From an uncultured Microthrixaceae bacterium (GTDB lineage Bacteria; Actinomycetota; Acidimicrobiia; Acidimicrobiales; DATDAH01), in NCBI GenBank assembly GCA_963792205.1, contig CAWBVI010000004.1, positions 895,362-959,361 on the forward strand: a stretch of 64,000 nucleotides of DNA, read 5' to 3'. This document shows, in pieces, positions 1 to 13,487 of the stretch. The number at the start of each line of letters is the position of its first letter. Position 1 is the first letter of the stretch. Position numbers and translations under genes: made by a program. The notes beneath the pieces are model-generated. The model was not told where the DNA came from and made no database searches. It saw only the letters and a program-made list of their open reading frames with translations.

Positions 1-4442
<4,442 letters not shown>

Positions 4443-4546
4443 CGGTCACTCCTCAGATGAGGGGGGCGGACGAGAGTGCCGCGGACCCGCGAGAGGTCGC
4501 CAAGAAAAAGGCACTGGCGACTGCAGGGGGACGCACGGCAGATTTG

Positions 4547-4575
4547 ATGCTAGGCGCGCGTGCAACGAGAAGCAA
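4547..4575 (-). promoter_or_regulatory. Candidate sigma-70-type promoter for rpoBC
   Basis: Minus strand reads TTGCTT, 17-nt spacer, TAGCAT about 100 nt upstream of the rpoB start. Sequence pattern only. Confidence 0.3.
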
Positions 4576-4607
4576 CCCGTCTCCGGCGGCGCTCGCGCAC
4601 CCCGGCG

Positions 4608-4636
4608 GGTCGTCGGCGCACAAGGTAGGACGACCC
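4608..4636 (-). terminator. Hairpin after the phosphatase gene (possible terminator, no U-tract)
   Basis: Minus strand GGGTCGTC-N14-GACGACCC, a perfect 8-bp stem about 30 nt after the stop at 4667. It is not followed by a U run, so function is uncertain. Confidence 0.25.
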
Positions 4637-4666
4637 CCTCGGAAGGTCAAGGTTTTCCGCCGCGGG

Positions 4667-5453
4667 CTACTCGACGAAGACCGCCGCCAGGTCGTCGAGG
4701 GCCTGCTCGCTGACGCCGGCGAGGCCGGTCAGGTAGGGGCGGATGCCACCCCACCGGTCCTCGAGGCCGGACAGGGTGTGCTCCATGGTGGCGGCGGGCG
4801 CCGTGAACAGGATCTGCACGGCCTCCAACTCGAGGCCGGCGGCCTCGACCTGGGGGGCGATCTCCGCCAGGCGGTGAACCGACCGGTACTGGTCCGTGAG
4901 GGCGTAGTCCTCGACGATCACGTCGTCGGCCACGCCGACGGCACCCAGCAGGAGGGCCGCGCCGAGGCCCGTGCGGTCCTTGCCCGCGGTGCAGTGGATG
5001 ACCACGGGATGGTGGTCGGCGTGGGCCACGTGGGTGACGAGGCGGCCGAACAGCTCGGCCTGGTTCTCGAGCATCGAGAGGTAGCCGATGGCCATCGTCT
5101 CGGCGGTCACCGAGGTGATCTCGCGGGCGCGGATCATCTCCTCGAGGCTGCGCGGGTTGTCACCGGCGGCCGCGCCGACCGAGAGGCGGACGATCGTGGC
5201 GCCAGTGCGGCAACCGGCTCGGGTCCTCCTCGACCTCGCGGTCGTAGCGGAAGTCGCAGACGGTGCGCAGGCCGAGCTCGGCCAGGTGGGCGACGTCGGC
5301 GTCGGTCAGGGCGCTGAGCCGGTCGGCCCGGTACACCGTGCCCCAGCGGGTGACCCCGCCCGCCGCGGGGTACCCACCGAGATCACGGAAGTTGAGCGTC
5401 CCCTCGAGGGGGACGAGTCGCGGCGTCTCCCGCTCCGCTCGGGGCGTTGCCAC
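4667..5453 (-). pseudogene. Protein-tyrosine phosphatase (CX5R, Y_phosphatase3-like) split by a frameshift
   Basis: Two adjacent ORFs in different frames. 5160-5453 encodes the N-terminal part (LEGTLNFRDLGGY...DFRYDREVEEDPSRLP). 4667-5137 encodes the catalytic part (VIHCTAGKDRTG = CX5R P-loop). The downstream frame stays open upstream of its Met (..TGATIVRLSVGAAAGDNPRSLEE-MIRA). Total span 787 nt = 3n+1. Confidence 0.8.
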
Positions 5454-5464
5454 GCAGGTGCGAA

Positions 5465-5851
5465 CTACTTGAGCTCGACGGAGCCGCCGGCGGCCTCGAT
5501 GGCCTCCTTGGCCTTCTCGGCATCGTCCTTCGAGGCACCCTCGAGGACGTTGTTGGGCGCGCCGTCCACCAGCTCCTTGGCCTCCTTGAGGCCGAGGTTG
5601 GTGAGCGTGCGCACCTCCTTGATGACCTGGATCTTCTTGTCGCCTGCCGCGGTCAGGACCACGTCGAAGGAATCCTTCTCCTCCTCCTCGGCCCCGCCAC
5701 CACCGCCGTCGGCGGGAGCGGCAGCCGCCGCGGCCGCAGGGGCCGCCGCGGTGACGTTGAACTTCTCCTCGAAGGCGGTCAGGAGCTCGGAGAGCTCGAG
5801 CACGCTCATCTCGGAGATGGCGTCGAGGATGTTTTCCTGGGTGAGGGCCAT
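5465..5851 (-). CDS. rplL: 50S ribosomal protein L7/L12
   Basis: Last 128 aa of the 399-aa track [27 protein letters not shown]...[27 protein letters not shown]...GGSVELK. ATG confirmed at 5849-5851. Confidence 0.97.
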   Translation of the reverse strand: MALTQENILDAISEMSVLELSELLTAFEEKFNVTAAAPAAAAAAAPADGGGGGAEEEEKDSFDVVLTAAGDKKIQVIKEVRTLTNLGLKEAKELVDGAPNNVLEGASKDDAEKAKEAIEAAGGSVELK

Positions 5852-5853
5852 GG

Positions 5854-6576
5854 TCAGCCTTCCTCCGTCTCTGTTGCTTCGGTCTCGTCGGCGGGTGCCG
5901 ACGCGTCGGTCTGTTCGGTCTGGTCGGTCGCTTCCGCGGCCGCCTCGGGCTCCGCGGCCGGCTCCTCGGTGACCGCTTCGGTCTCCGCGGTCGGCTCCTC
6001 GGCTGCCGGCTCCTCCGCCTCGGCGGGGGCCTCGGCGACGCCGGGGTTGCCCCCCTGGTCGATGAGGGCCTTCAGGCCGTAGGCGAAGTTGCGGGGCAGG
6101 GCCTGGAGCAGCCCGGCCATCTGGACCATCGGGGCGGCCAGGCCACCGGCCAGGCGGGCCAGCAGCTCCTCGCGGGGCGCCACCGAGGCGAGCTGCTGGA
6201 CGTCGGCCGCGGTGAGCCGGCGGTCGCCGAGGAGGCCGCCCTTCAGCTCGAGGTTGGGGTTGGTCCGGGCGAAGTCGCGCAGCGCCTTGGCCATGAGCAC
6301 CGGGTCGCCGTCGCTGTCGCGCCGGACGAACGCGATGGCCGTCGGGCCGATCAGCATCTCTTCGATCTCGAGACCGAGGTCCCGGGCGGCGAAGCGCACG
6401 AGGGTGTTCTTGTAGATCTGGTACTCGGCGCCCGCCTCGCGCAGGGCGTTGCGCAGGTTGGCCATGCCGGGGACGTCGATCCCCCGGTAGTCGGTGAGCA
6501 CGGCAGCTTCGGCGTCGCTGAAGCGGGACTTCACCTCCTCGACCACCGCGACCTTCTCGGGCCTCGGGTTCTCCAT
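5854..6576 (-). CDS. rplJ: 50S ribosomal protein L10 with about 65-aa acidic C-terminal tail
   Basis: 240-aa ORF. The N-terminal 170 aa are typical L10 ([34 protein letters not shown]). The tail is E/A/T/P-rich. Stop lies 2 nt before the rplL start. Confidence 0.95.
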   Translation of the reverse strand: MENPRPEKVAVVEEVKSRFSDAEAAVLTDYRGIDVPGMANLRNALREAGAEYQIYKNTLVRFAARDLGLEIEEMLIGPTAIAFVRRDSDGDPVLMAKALRDFARTNPNLELKGGLLGDRRLTAADVQQLASVAPREELLARLAGGLAAPMVQMAGLLQALPRNFAYGLKALIDQGGNPGVAEAPAEAEEPAAEEPTAETEAVTEEPAAEPEAAAEATDQTEQTDASAPADETEATETEEG

Positions 6577-6766
6577 CGCTGCACCTCCTCTTCGAGTCTG
6601 AAAATGACGAACGGGGCGCTCGCGCAGAGGAACGCCCCGTCAGGAGAAGAGGTGTTCGCCTCATCGGGCGGGTCCCAGGACCCTTTCAGCGCCGGAGCGC
6701 ACCGGAGGTCTGCGGCGAGCAGATCAGGTTGTGGCGCCCGAGGGTATCTCGGGCACTCGGCGACGG
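6577..6766 (-). promoter_or_regulatory. rplJ 5' leader with attenuator-like hairpin (possible L10 autoregulatory leader)
   Basis: 190-nt untranslated gap between rplA and rplJ. The minus-strand RNA contains ACGGGGCG-N14-CGCCCCGU (plus 6611-6640), followed 6 nt later by CAUUUUC, then GAGGAGG before the ATG. Assignment to the L10-leader family was not verified. Confidence 0.4.
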
Positions 6767-7492
6767 CTACGCCGCCGGGGCGGCGTCGTCCTTGTTGTCC
6801 TCACGGCGGAACTTGGTGGGCTCGACGTGGACGCCCGGGCCCATGGTCGAGGCGAGGGACACCTTGCGCACGTAGCGGCCCTTCGCCGACGCCGGCTTGG
6901 CCCGCGCCAGCTCGTCGGCGACGGCGTAGTAGTTGTCGAGCAGCGCGTCCTCGGTGAAGGAGGCCTTGCCGATCGGAACGTGGACGTTGCCGTGGCGATC
7001 CGTCCGGTACTCGACCTTGCCGCCCTTGAACGCCCCCACCGCGGCGGCGACGTCGTCGGTCACCGTGCCGGTCTTCGGGTTGGGCATGAGGCCGCGGGGG
7101 CCGAGCACCCGGCCGAGTCGACCGAGCACCGGCATCATGTCGGGCGTGGCGATGGCCACGTCGAACTCGATGGTGCCGCCCTCGACGGTGGCCGCCAGGT
7201 CGTCGGCGCCGACCACGTCGGCACCCGCGTCCGTGGCCGCCTGCGCGGCCTCACCCGATGCGAACACGGCGACGCGGACGTCCCGGCCGGTGCCGGAGGG
7301 CAGGGCGACCGTGCCGCGCAGCATCTCCTCGGCCTTGCGGGGGTCGACGCCCAGCCGGACGGCCAGCTCGACGGTCTCGTCGAAGCCGGCCGAGGCCAGG
7401 CTCTTCACGAGCGCGATCGCTTCCGGTGGGGTGTGCTGCCGCTGGCGGTCGAACCGCCGGGCCGCGTCCTGGAACTTCTTGCCTTTCGCCAT
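6767..7492 (-). CDS. rplA: 50S ribosomal protein L1
   Basis: 241-aa ORF with L1 signatures (FDETVELAVRLGVDPRK, GPRGLMPNPKTGTVT, KGGKVEYRTD). Confidence 0.97.
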   Translation of the reverse strand: MAKGKKFQDAARRFDRQRQHTPPEAIALVKSLASAGFDETVELAVRLGVDPRKAEEMLRGTVALPSGTGRDVRVAVFASGEAAQAATDAGADVVGADDLAATVEGGTIEFDVAIATPDMMPVLGRLGRVLGPRGLMPNPKTGTVTDDVAAAVGAFKGGKVEYRTDRHGNVHVPIGKASFTEDALLDNYYAVADELARAKPASAKGRYVRKVSLASTMGPGVHVEPTKFRREDNKDDAAPAA

Positions 7493-7570
7493 GATGGCTC
7501 CCTCGTTGTGGATGGACGGGACCGGCCCGGGCGAGGTCCTCCCTCAGGCCGATGGGATCAGCGAGCGGCG

Positions 7571-7996
7571 CTAGCCGACGGTGATCCCCATGGACCGGGC
7601 GGTGCCGGCCACGATCTTCTTCGCCTGCTCGAGGTCGTTGGCCGTCAGGTCCGGCAACTTGATCTCGGCGATCTCGGTGAGCTGGGCGTCGGTGATCGAG
7701 CCCACCTCCTCACGGCCCGGGGTCTCAGACGCCTTCTCCAGCCCGGCCGCGGTGCGCAGGAGCACCGACGTGGGCGGGGTCTTGGTGATGAAGGTGAAGG
7801 ACCGATCCTCGTAGATGGTGATCTCGACGGGGACGATGGTGCCCCGCTGGTCCTCGGTGCGCTCGTTGTACGCCTTGCAGAAGTCCATGATGGCCACGCC
7901 GTGGGGGCCGAGCGCCGTGCCCACGGGGGGCGCGGGCGACGCCTGCCCGGCGGGGATCTGGATCTTCACGATCGCGAGGACGTTCTTCTTCGCCAT
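7571..7996 (-). CDS. rplK: 50S ribosomal protein L11
   Basis: Last 141 aa of the track ORF 7571-8545: [47 protein letters not shown] at 7994-7996. Confidence 0.97.
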   Translation of the reverse strand: MAKKNVLAIVKIQIPAGQASPAPPVGTALGPHGVAIMDFCKAYNERTEDQRGTIVPVEITIYEDRSFTFITKTPPTSVLLRTAAGLEKASETPGREEVGSITDAQLTEIAEIKLPDLTANDLEQAKKIVAGTARSMGITVG

Positions 7997-8016
7997 TGCC
8001 TGTGTTCCTCTGTTCC

Positions 8017-9003
8017 CTAGAGCTTCGCTACCTGGCCGAACTCGAGCTCGACCGGGGTCTCCCGGCCGAAGATGTTCACGAGCACCTTGACCTTGAGCTG
8101 TTCTTCGTTGATCTCGATGATCTCGCCGGAGAAGTCGGCGAAGGGGCCTTCCTTGACCCGGACGGTCTCGCTCACCTCGTACTCGAGGCGGGGCTTCTGG
8201 CGCTTGGGCGCCTCGCCGTCGTCGGGCTTGACCGCGAGGAACGTCTCGACGTCCTTGCGGCGCAGCGGACTGGGCTTGGAGCCCTGGCCGACGAAGCCGG
8301 TGATGCCCGGCGTGTTGCGGATCACGTACCACGAGTCGTCGTCGAGGCGGCAGCGGACCAGCAGGTAGCCGGGGAAGACCTTCTTCTGGACGACCTGCTT
8401 CTTGCCGCCCTTGAACTCGACGAAGTCCTCCATGGGGATGACGACCTCGTAGATCCGGGCCTCCATGTTCATGGACTGGGTCCGGGCCTCGAGGTTCGAC
8501 TTCACCTTCTTCTCGTAGCCCGACTGCGTGTGGACCACGTACCACTTGCCCGGGCGGTCGTAGGGGCTCTCGACGGGGGCGGCCTCGACCTCTTCCTCGA
8601 GCAGCTCGTCCTCGGTGATCACCTCGAGGTCGCCTTCGTCGGCCGCCGGGGCCTCGTCGGGCTCCTCGGCCACGGGCTCGGGCGTGATGACGTGGTCGCC
8701 GTAGCCCCCGAGCGCATCGAGGGGGTTGGCCTCGGCCTCGGTGCCCACGTTCAGGATGTCGGAGTGGGCGTGGTCGGCCTCGGTCTCGAAGGACTCAGAG
8801 CCGCGCTGGCCGAGCACGTCGCCGGGATCGGTGTCGACCGTCTCGGTGTCGACCGTCTCGGCGTCGACCGTCTCGGTGTCGACCGTCTCGGTGTCGACCG
8901 GCTCGGTGTCGACCTGATCGGTGTCGACCGGTTCGGTGTCGGACGGCTCGTCGTCGGACGGCTCGGAGCCGTCGACGAGTTCGGTGTCAGAGGTGTTGGT
9001 CAT
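8017..9003 (-). CDS. nusG: Transcription termination/antitermination factor NusG with about 150-aa acidic N-terminal extension
   Basis: The C-terminal 180 aa are canonical NusG ([47 protein letters not shown] region). Start [10 protein letters not shown] at ATG 9001-9003, 2 nt after the secE stop. Confidence 0.93.
   Translation of the reverse strand: MTNTSDTELVDGSEPSDDEPSDTEPVDTDQVDTEPVDTETVDTETVDAETVDTETVDTDPGDVLGQRGSESFETEADHAHSDILNVGTEAEANPLDALGGYGDHVITPEPVAEEPDEAPAADEGDLEVITEDELLEEEVEAAPVESPYDRPGKWYVVHTQSGYEKKVKSNLEARTQSMNMEARIYEVVIPMEDFVEFKGGKKQVVQKKVFPGYLLVRCRLDDDSWYVIRNTPGITGFVGQGSKPSPLRRKDVETFLAVKPDDGEAPKRQKPRLEYEVSETVRVKEGPFADFSGEIIEINEEQLKVKVLVNIFGRETPVELEFGQVAKL
8831..8965. repeat. 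Nine tandem 15-bp units (consensus GTGTCGACCGTCTCG) inside nusG
   Basis: Read directly. Units start at 8831, 8846, 8861, 8876, 8891, 8906, 8921, 8936 and 8951, with 0-4 mismatches each. In frame they encode (E/D)T/P-VDT pentapeptides ([36 protein letters not shown]). Confidence 0.9.
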
Positions 9004-9005
9004 GG

Positions 9006-9315
9006 TCAGTCCGCGTTCAGGAGCTTGAGGACGCCTTCGCCGAAGACGAAGTCGAGGGCGAAGATCAGGGTGGTCAGCAGGGCGACGGCCACCAGCACGA
9101 CGATCGAGTACTTGATGACCTCGTCGCGGGTCGGCCACGCCACCTTGCGCAGCTCGCCCCGGACCTCACGGAGGAACTGCACCGGCCCGACCCGGGCGCT
9201 CGCGGTTCTTCTGCGGCGGCGCCTGGCGCTGCCGCTTCTGCGCGACAGGCTCACCGTCGGCGCCGAGCTGCCCCTGCTTCTGGAGCATCCGCTTGGTCTG
9301 TCGGTTCATCGCCAT
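9006..9315 (-). CDS. secE: Preprotein translocase subunit SecE, apparently disrupted by one extra base
   Basis: Track ORF 9006-9254 carries the SecE core ([37 protein letters not shown]). A separate frame from ATG 9315 reads [49 protein letters not shown] (stop 9166). Removing one base in the G/C run near 9184-9195 joins ...NRERPGR to PVQFLREV. Span 310 nt = 3n+1. Confidence 0.75.
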
Positions 9316-9373
9316 GGGCGTGTCTCGTCAGGGTTCGCTGGGTCGAGGTCAGTGGTACGGGGACAGTGCAGAG

Positions 9374-9447
9374 CAGGGCAGGAGGGACTCGAACCCCCAA
9401 CCTTCGGTTTTGGAGACCGGTGCTCTACCAAATTGAGCTACTGCCCT
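9374..9447 (-). tRNA. tRNA-Trp (anticodon CCA)
   Basis: Manual cloverleaf: AGGGCAG/CTGCCCT acceptor, GCTC-AATTTGGTA-GAGC D arm, anticodon loop CTCCAAA, GGGGG-TTCGAGT-CCCTC T arm. It sits in the usual position upstream of secE. 3' CCA is not encoded. Confidence 0.93.
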
Positions 9448-9499
9448 CCGGAGGTCGGCAGGCAGGATAGCGCGAGGGTCCCCCGATCCCCTCGGGTGA

Positions 9500-9865
9500 T
9501 CAGCCCGCCAGGCGGACCTTGCTGCGCCGCGAGCGCAGGGTGAGGACCACCGCACCAGCGGCGCCGGCGGCCGTGGCGGCGGCGAGCCCGCCGAGGTAGG
9601 CGGCCCGGCGCCCCCGCACCATGCCCCGGAGGGCGTGGCGCTCACCGGCCTCACCGATCGAGGCCAGGATCTCCGGCAGGAGGCCCGGGGTCGGGACCAG
9701 CACCTCGGTGCGCAGGGCCCGCATCGCCCGGAGCAGCTTGCGGTACTGCACGGCGTCGGCCTGGCAGCGCAGGCACCGTTCGAGGTGACGGCGAGCGACC
9801 GGGTCGAGGGCCTCGAGCCCCTCCGCCGACGCCGGGAGCCGGTCGGCCACCTGCTCACACCGCAC
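9500..9865 (-). CDS. Zinc-binding (zf-HC2) anti-sigma factor, single C-terminal TM
   Basis: In-frame GTG at 9865 overlaps the sigma gene stop by 11 nt. HLERCLRC is the H-x3-C-x2-C ZAS motif. C-terminal hydrophobic segment AAYLGGLAAATAAGAAGAVVLTL. Confidence 0.75.
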   Translation of the reverse strand: MRCEQVADRLPASAEGLEALDPVARRHLERCLRCQADAVQYRKLLRAMRALRTEVLVPTPGLLPEILASIGEAGERHALRGMVRGRRAAYLGGLAAATAAGAAGAVVLTLRSRRSKVRLAG

Positions 9866-10436
9866 GGGCTTCTCCCTCGTGCGGCTCGGCCCACAGGTCG
9901 TCGCGCAGGCGACGACGGGCCCGGTGCAACCGGACCTTGGCCGCGGTGACCGAGATGTCGAGCTCCTCGGCGATGGCGTCGTGCGGCAGGTCGTAGACGT
10001 CGCGCAGCACGACCACGGACCGCAGTCCGGGCGGCAGGCGACGCAGGGCATCGGTCAGGTGGTGGCGCAGGCTCGCCCCTTCGGCCCGCGCCGCGGGGTC
10101 GATGGTGATCCGGTCGTCAGCCACGGGCACCTCCTCGGTCAGCTCGTCGTGACGGTGGCGGGCCCGCTGGCCGAGGAGGGTGCTGGCGCTGTTGGCGGTG
10201 ATCCGGTAGAGCCAGGTCTGGAACCGGGCATCGCCCCGGAAGCGCCCGAGGGCCCGGTAGGCCCGCAGGTACGTGTCCTGGGTGACGTCCCGAGCATCCT
10301 CGTCGTCGCCGGTGAGGCGATGGGCGAGGGTGTAGGTCTCGGCGTGCGTGGCCCGGACGAGGGCTTCGAAGGCCCCGGCGTCACCGCGCTGCGCGGCAGC
10401 CACCAGCTCCGACAGGTCCACGTCCCGCCCCGTCAC
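9855..10436 (-). CDS. ECF (group 4) RNA polymerase sigma factor
   Basis: 193-aa ORF with region 2 (DVTQDTYLRAYRALGRFRGDARFQTWLYRITAN) and region 4 (VVVLRDVYDLPHDAIAEELDISVTAAKVRLHRAR). GTG start. Confidence 0.9.
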   Translation of the reverse strand: MTGRDVDLSELVAAAQRGDAGAFEALVRATHAETYTLAHRLTGDDEDARDVTQDTYLRAYRALGRFRGDARFQTWLYRITANSASTLLGQRARHRHDELTEEVPVADDRITIDPAARAEGASLRHHLTDALRRLPPGLRSVVVLRDVYDLPHDAIAEELDISVTAAKVRLHRARRRLRDDLWAEPHEGEARAV

Positions 10437-10493
10437 GATCGATCAGACCTCATCATCCCCGACGACGTTACGCGTCAGGCGACGGCGTGGGGA

Positions 10494-10655
10494 TCAGCGG
10501 GTTTCCTTGTGCAGCGTGTGCCGGCGGTCCCAGCGGCAGTACTTCTTGATCTCGATGCGCTCGCGCTGGTTGGCCTTGTTCTTGGACGTGATGTAGTTCC
10601 GGCGCTTGCACTCCTGGCACTCCAGGGTGACCTGCGCCCGCTTCTCGGAAGCCAT
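10494..10655 (-). CDS. rpmG: 50S ribosomal protein L33
   Basis: 53-aa C-terminal part of the track [59 protein letters not shown] at 10653-10655, 8 nt after the tuf stop. Confidence 0.95.
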   Translation of the reverse strand: MASEKRAQVTLECQECKRRNYITSKNKANQRERIEIKKYCRWDRRHTLHKETR

Positions 10656-10663
10656 GGTCTCTC

Positions 10664-11851
<1,188 letters not shown>

Positions 11852-11892
11852 GGCGGCGCTCCTTGCCTTCTCTTCTCTTCTTCGCTTGCGAT

Positions 11893-11969
11893 TGGTGGCG
11901 GCGGTCAGAATCGAACTGACGACCCCTCGATTATGAGCCGAGTGCTCTTACCGACTGAGCTACGCCGCC
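11893..11969 (-). tRNA. tRNA-Met (anticodon CAT, elongator-type; lysidine-modified tRNA-Ile2 not excluded)
   Basis: GGCGGCG/CGCCGCC acceptor, GCTC-AGTCGGTAA-GAGC, anticodon loop CTCATAA, GTCAG-TTCGATT-CTGAC, discriminator A and encoded CCA. Lacks the 1:72 mismatch and GGG/CCC anticodon stem typical of initiator tRNA. Confidence 0.9.
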
Positions 11970-11973
11970 CCGG

Positions 11974-12046
11974 AGCCCCCTGCCAGAATCGAACTGGCGA
12001 CACCAGCCTTACCATGGCTGTGCTCTACCGACTGAGCTAAGGGGGC
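11974..12046 (-). tRNA. tRNA-Thr (anticodon GGT)
   Basis: GCCCCCT/AGGGGGC acceptor, GCTC-AGTCGGTA-GAGC, CAGCC-ATGGTAA-GGCTG anticodon arm, GCCAG-TTCGATT-CTGGC T arm. Confidence 0.93.
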
Positions 12047-12136
12047 ATTGACCGGCGGATCAGCCTACCGGGCGACGTCTCGGACGCCCCAAGGCTTCCG
12101 GCGGCGCTCAAGGGGTGCGGTGCGCCTGCCGACGGA

Positions 12137-13468
12137 GTGAGGGTGCGGGTAGACCGGCTCGTCCTCGAAGCCGCCGGCCGTTCGGTTGCCCTCGACCTCC
12201 ACCCCCGGCTCACGGTGGTGTCCGGCGTGGGTGCGGCCGAGCGGGAAGGCCTGATCAGCGAGTTCGTCGGCGCGCTCGGGGCGCGGCGCGAAGGCGTCCA
12301 CGTCGAGTTGACCTGGGACGACGGCACGCCACTGGCGGTCTTCCGGCCCGAGGGGGGCAAGCACCGCGTCGTCGACGTCGCCCACGGCCGGGACGTCACC
12401 GAGATCTTCCGCGTGCCGTCCGGACACATCGACCTCCTGTCGTCGACCGGGCTCGACACGACGGCGGCCCGCCGCCTGATGCGCTGCACCGAGGCGGACC
12501 TCGAGACGAGCAGCCACCACGACGAGGTCATCCGGCGGCTGGCGGGCATCGACCAGCAGGTGCTCTGGCACCACGCCAACCTGACCGAGGCGACCCAGCG
12601 GGGGCTGCGAACGGCGGCCGAGATCGCGGGCAGCGAGCCCGAGGACGCGCACGCCGCGGAGGCCATCGAGGAGCGCCACGCCGCGCTCGTCGCCGCCCAG
12701 GACCACCACGAGCGGGTCCGCAAGCTGGCCTTCTACGTGGCCACCTTCAGCGCCCTCGGCGCCGTGCCGCTCTCGATGCTCGAGGGGCGCAAGATGGCCA
12801 TGCCCTTCGTTCTCCTCGCCACCGTCGCCGCCGTGACCTCGTTCGTCTTCTGGAACCGGGTGCGCCGGGCCCAAGCGGCCGAGGCCGACGCCCTCGAAGC
12901 CGCCGGGGTTCCCTCCTACCTGGGCTTCCACCTCGATCGCGTGAACACGCTGCTGGCCAGCGATCGGGCCCGGCGCGTGCTGCTCGAGGCCTCCAACGTC
13001 CATCGCGCCTCGCTGCGGGAGTGGGAACAGCTCGTCGGCGCCGCAGTGAGCCCCGAGTGGGCCATGGAGCACCGCGACGAGATCATCGCCGCCGCCCGGC
13101 TCCGCCGGGACGTGACCAGCTCCTCTGCCGTCGGTGTCACCGGAGGCGGTGACCTGATCGCCCGCTACGCCCAGGCCCTCGACGCCCGGCTGTCGGCCGT
13201 CCGCGGCATCGGGCCGCGACACCAGACCCTGCCCCTCATCCTCGACGACGCCCTCGCCGGCATCGACGGGGCGCTGAAGCCACCGCTGCTCGAGCTGTTG
13301 AGCAAGGCGACGGTGAGCCAGCAGGTCCTGTTCCTCACCAACGACGACGACGTCACCACCTGGGCCCGCGTCGAGGCCATCGCCGGCAACCTCGCCCTGA
13401 TCGAGCCGGTCGCCTCCCCCACCATCGTCCTCGAGCCCGAGCTCTCGGAGCCCGTAGATCTGCGCTGA
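12137..13468 (+). CDS. Hypothetical membrane protein with SMC/YhaN-like ATPase ends but a degenerate P-loop
   Basis: 443-aa ORF, GTG start. The N-terminus mimics an ABC/SMC head (LDLHPRLTVVSGVGAAEREGL where G-x-N-x-x-GKS/T is expected). The C-terminus has a Walker-B/D-loop-like LPLILDDALAGID...QVLFLTNDDD. The central part has hydrophobic segments (LAFYVATFSALGAVPLSML, MPFVLLATVAAVTSFVFW). The antisense 490-aa ORF is G/D/R-rich junk. Confidence 0.7.
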   Translation: MRVRVDRLVLEAAGRSVALDLHPRLTVVSGVGAAEREGLISEFVGALGARREGVHVELTWDDGTPLAVFRPEGGKHRVVDVAHGRDVTEIFRVPSGHIDLLSSTGLDTTAARRLMRCTEADLETSSHHDEVIRRLAGIDQQVLWHHANLTEATQRGLRTAAEIAGSEPEDAHAAEAIEERHAALVAAQDHHERVRKLAFYVATFSALGAVPLSMLEGRKMAMPFVLLATVAAVTSFVFWNRVRRAQAAEADALEAAGVPSYLGFHLDRVNTLLASDRARRVLLEASNVHRASLREWEQLVGAAVSPEWAMEHRDEIIAAARLRRDVTSSSAVGVTGGGDLIARYAQALDARLSAVRGIGPRHQTLPLILDDALAGIDGALKPPLLELLSKATVSQQVLFLTNDDDVTTWARVEAIAGNLALIEPVASPTIVLEPELSEPVDLR

Positions 13469-13487
13469 CCCGCGCCAGACTGCCGGC

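Noticed and set aside
5852..6664. N-terminal 270 aa of the 399-aa track ORF that ends as L7/L12
   Set aside because: This part is an out-of-frame read across rplJ (Arg/Pro/Gly-rich). The genuine rplL starts at ATG 5851 with the conserved [10 protein letters not shown]-terminus.
8831..8965. Possible CRISPR array, suggested by the regular 15-bp repeats
   Set aside because: The units are contiguous with no spacers and too short for CRISPR repeats. They are in frame within nusG and no cas genes are nearby.
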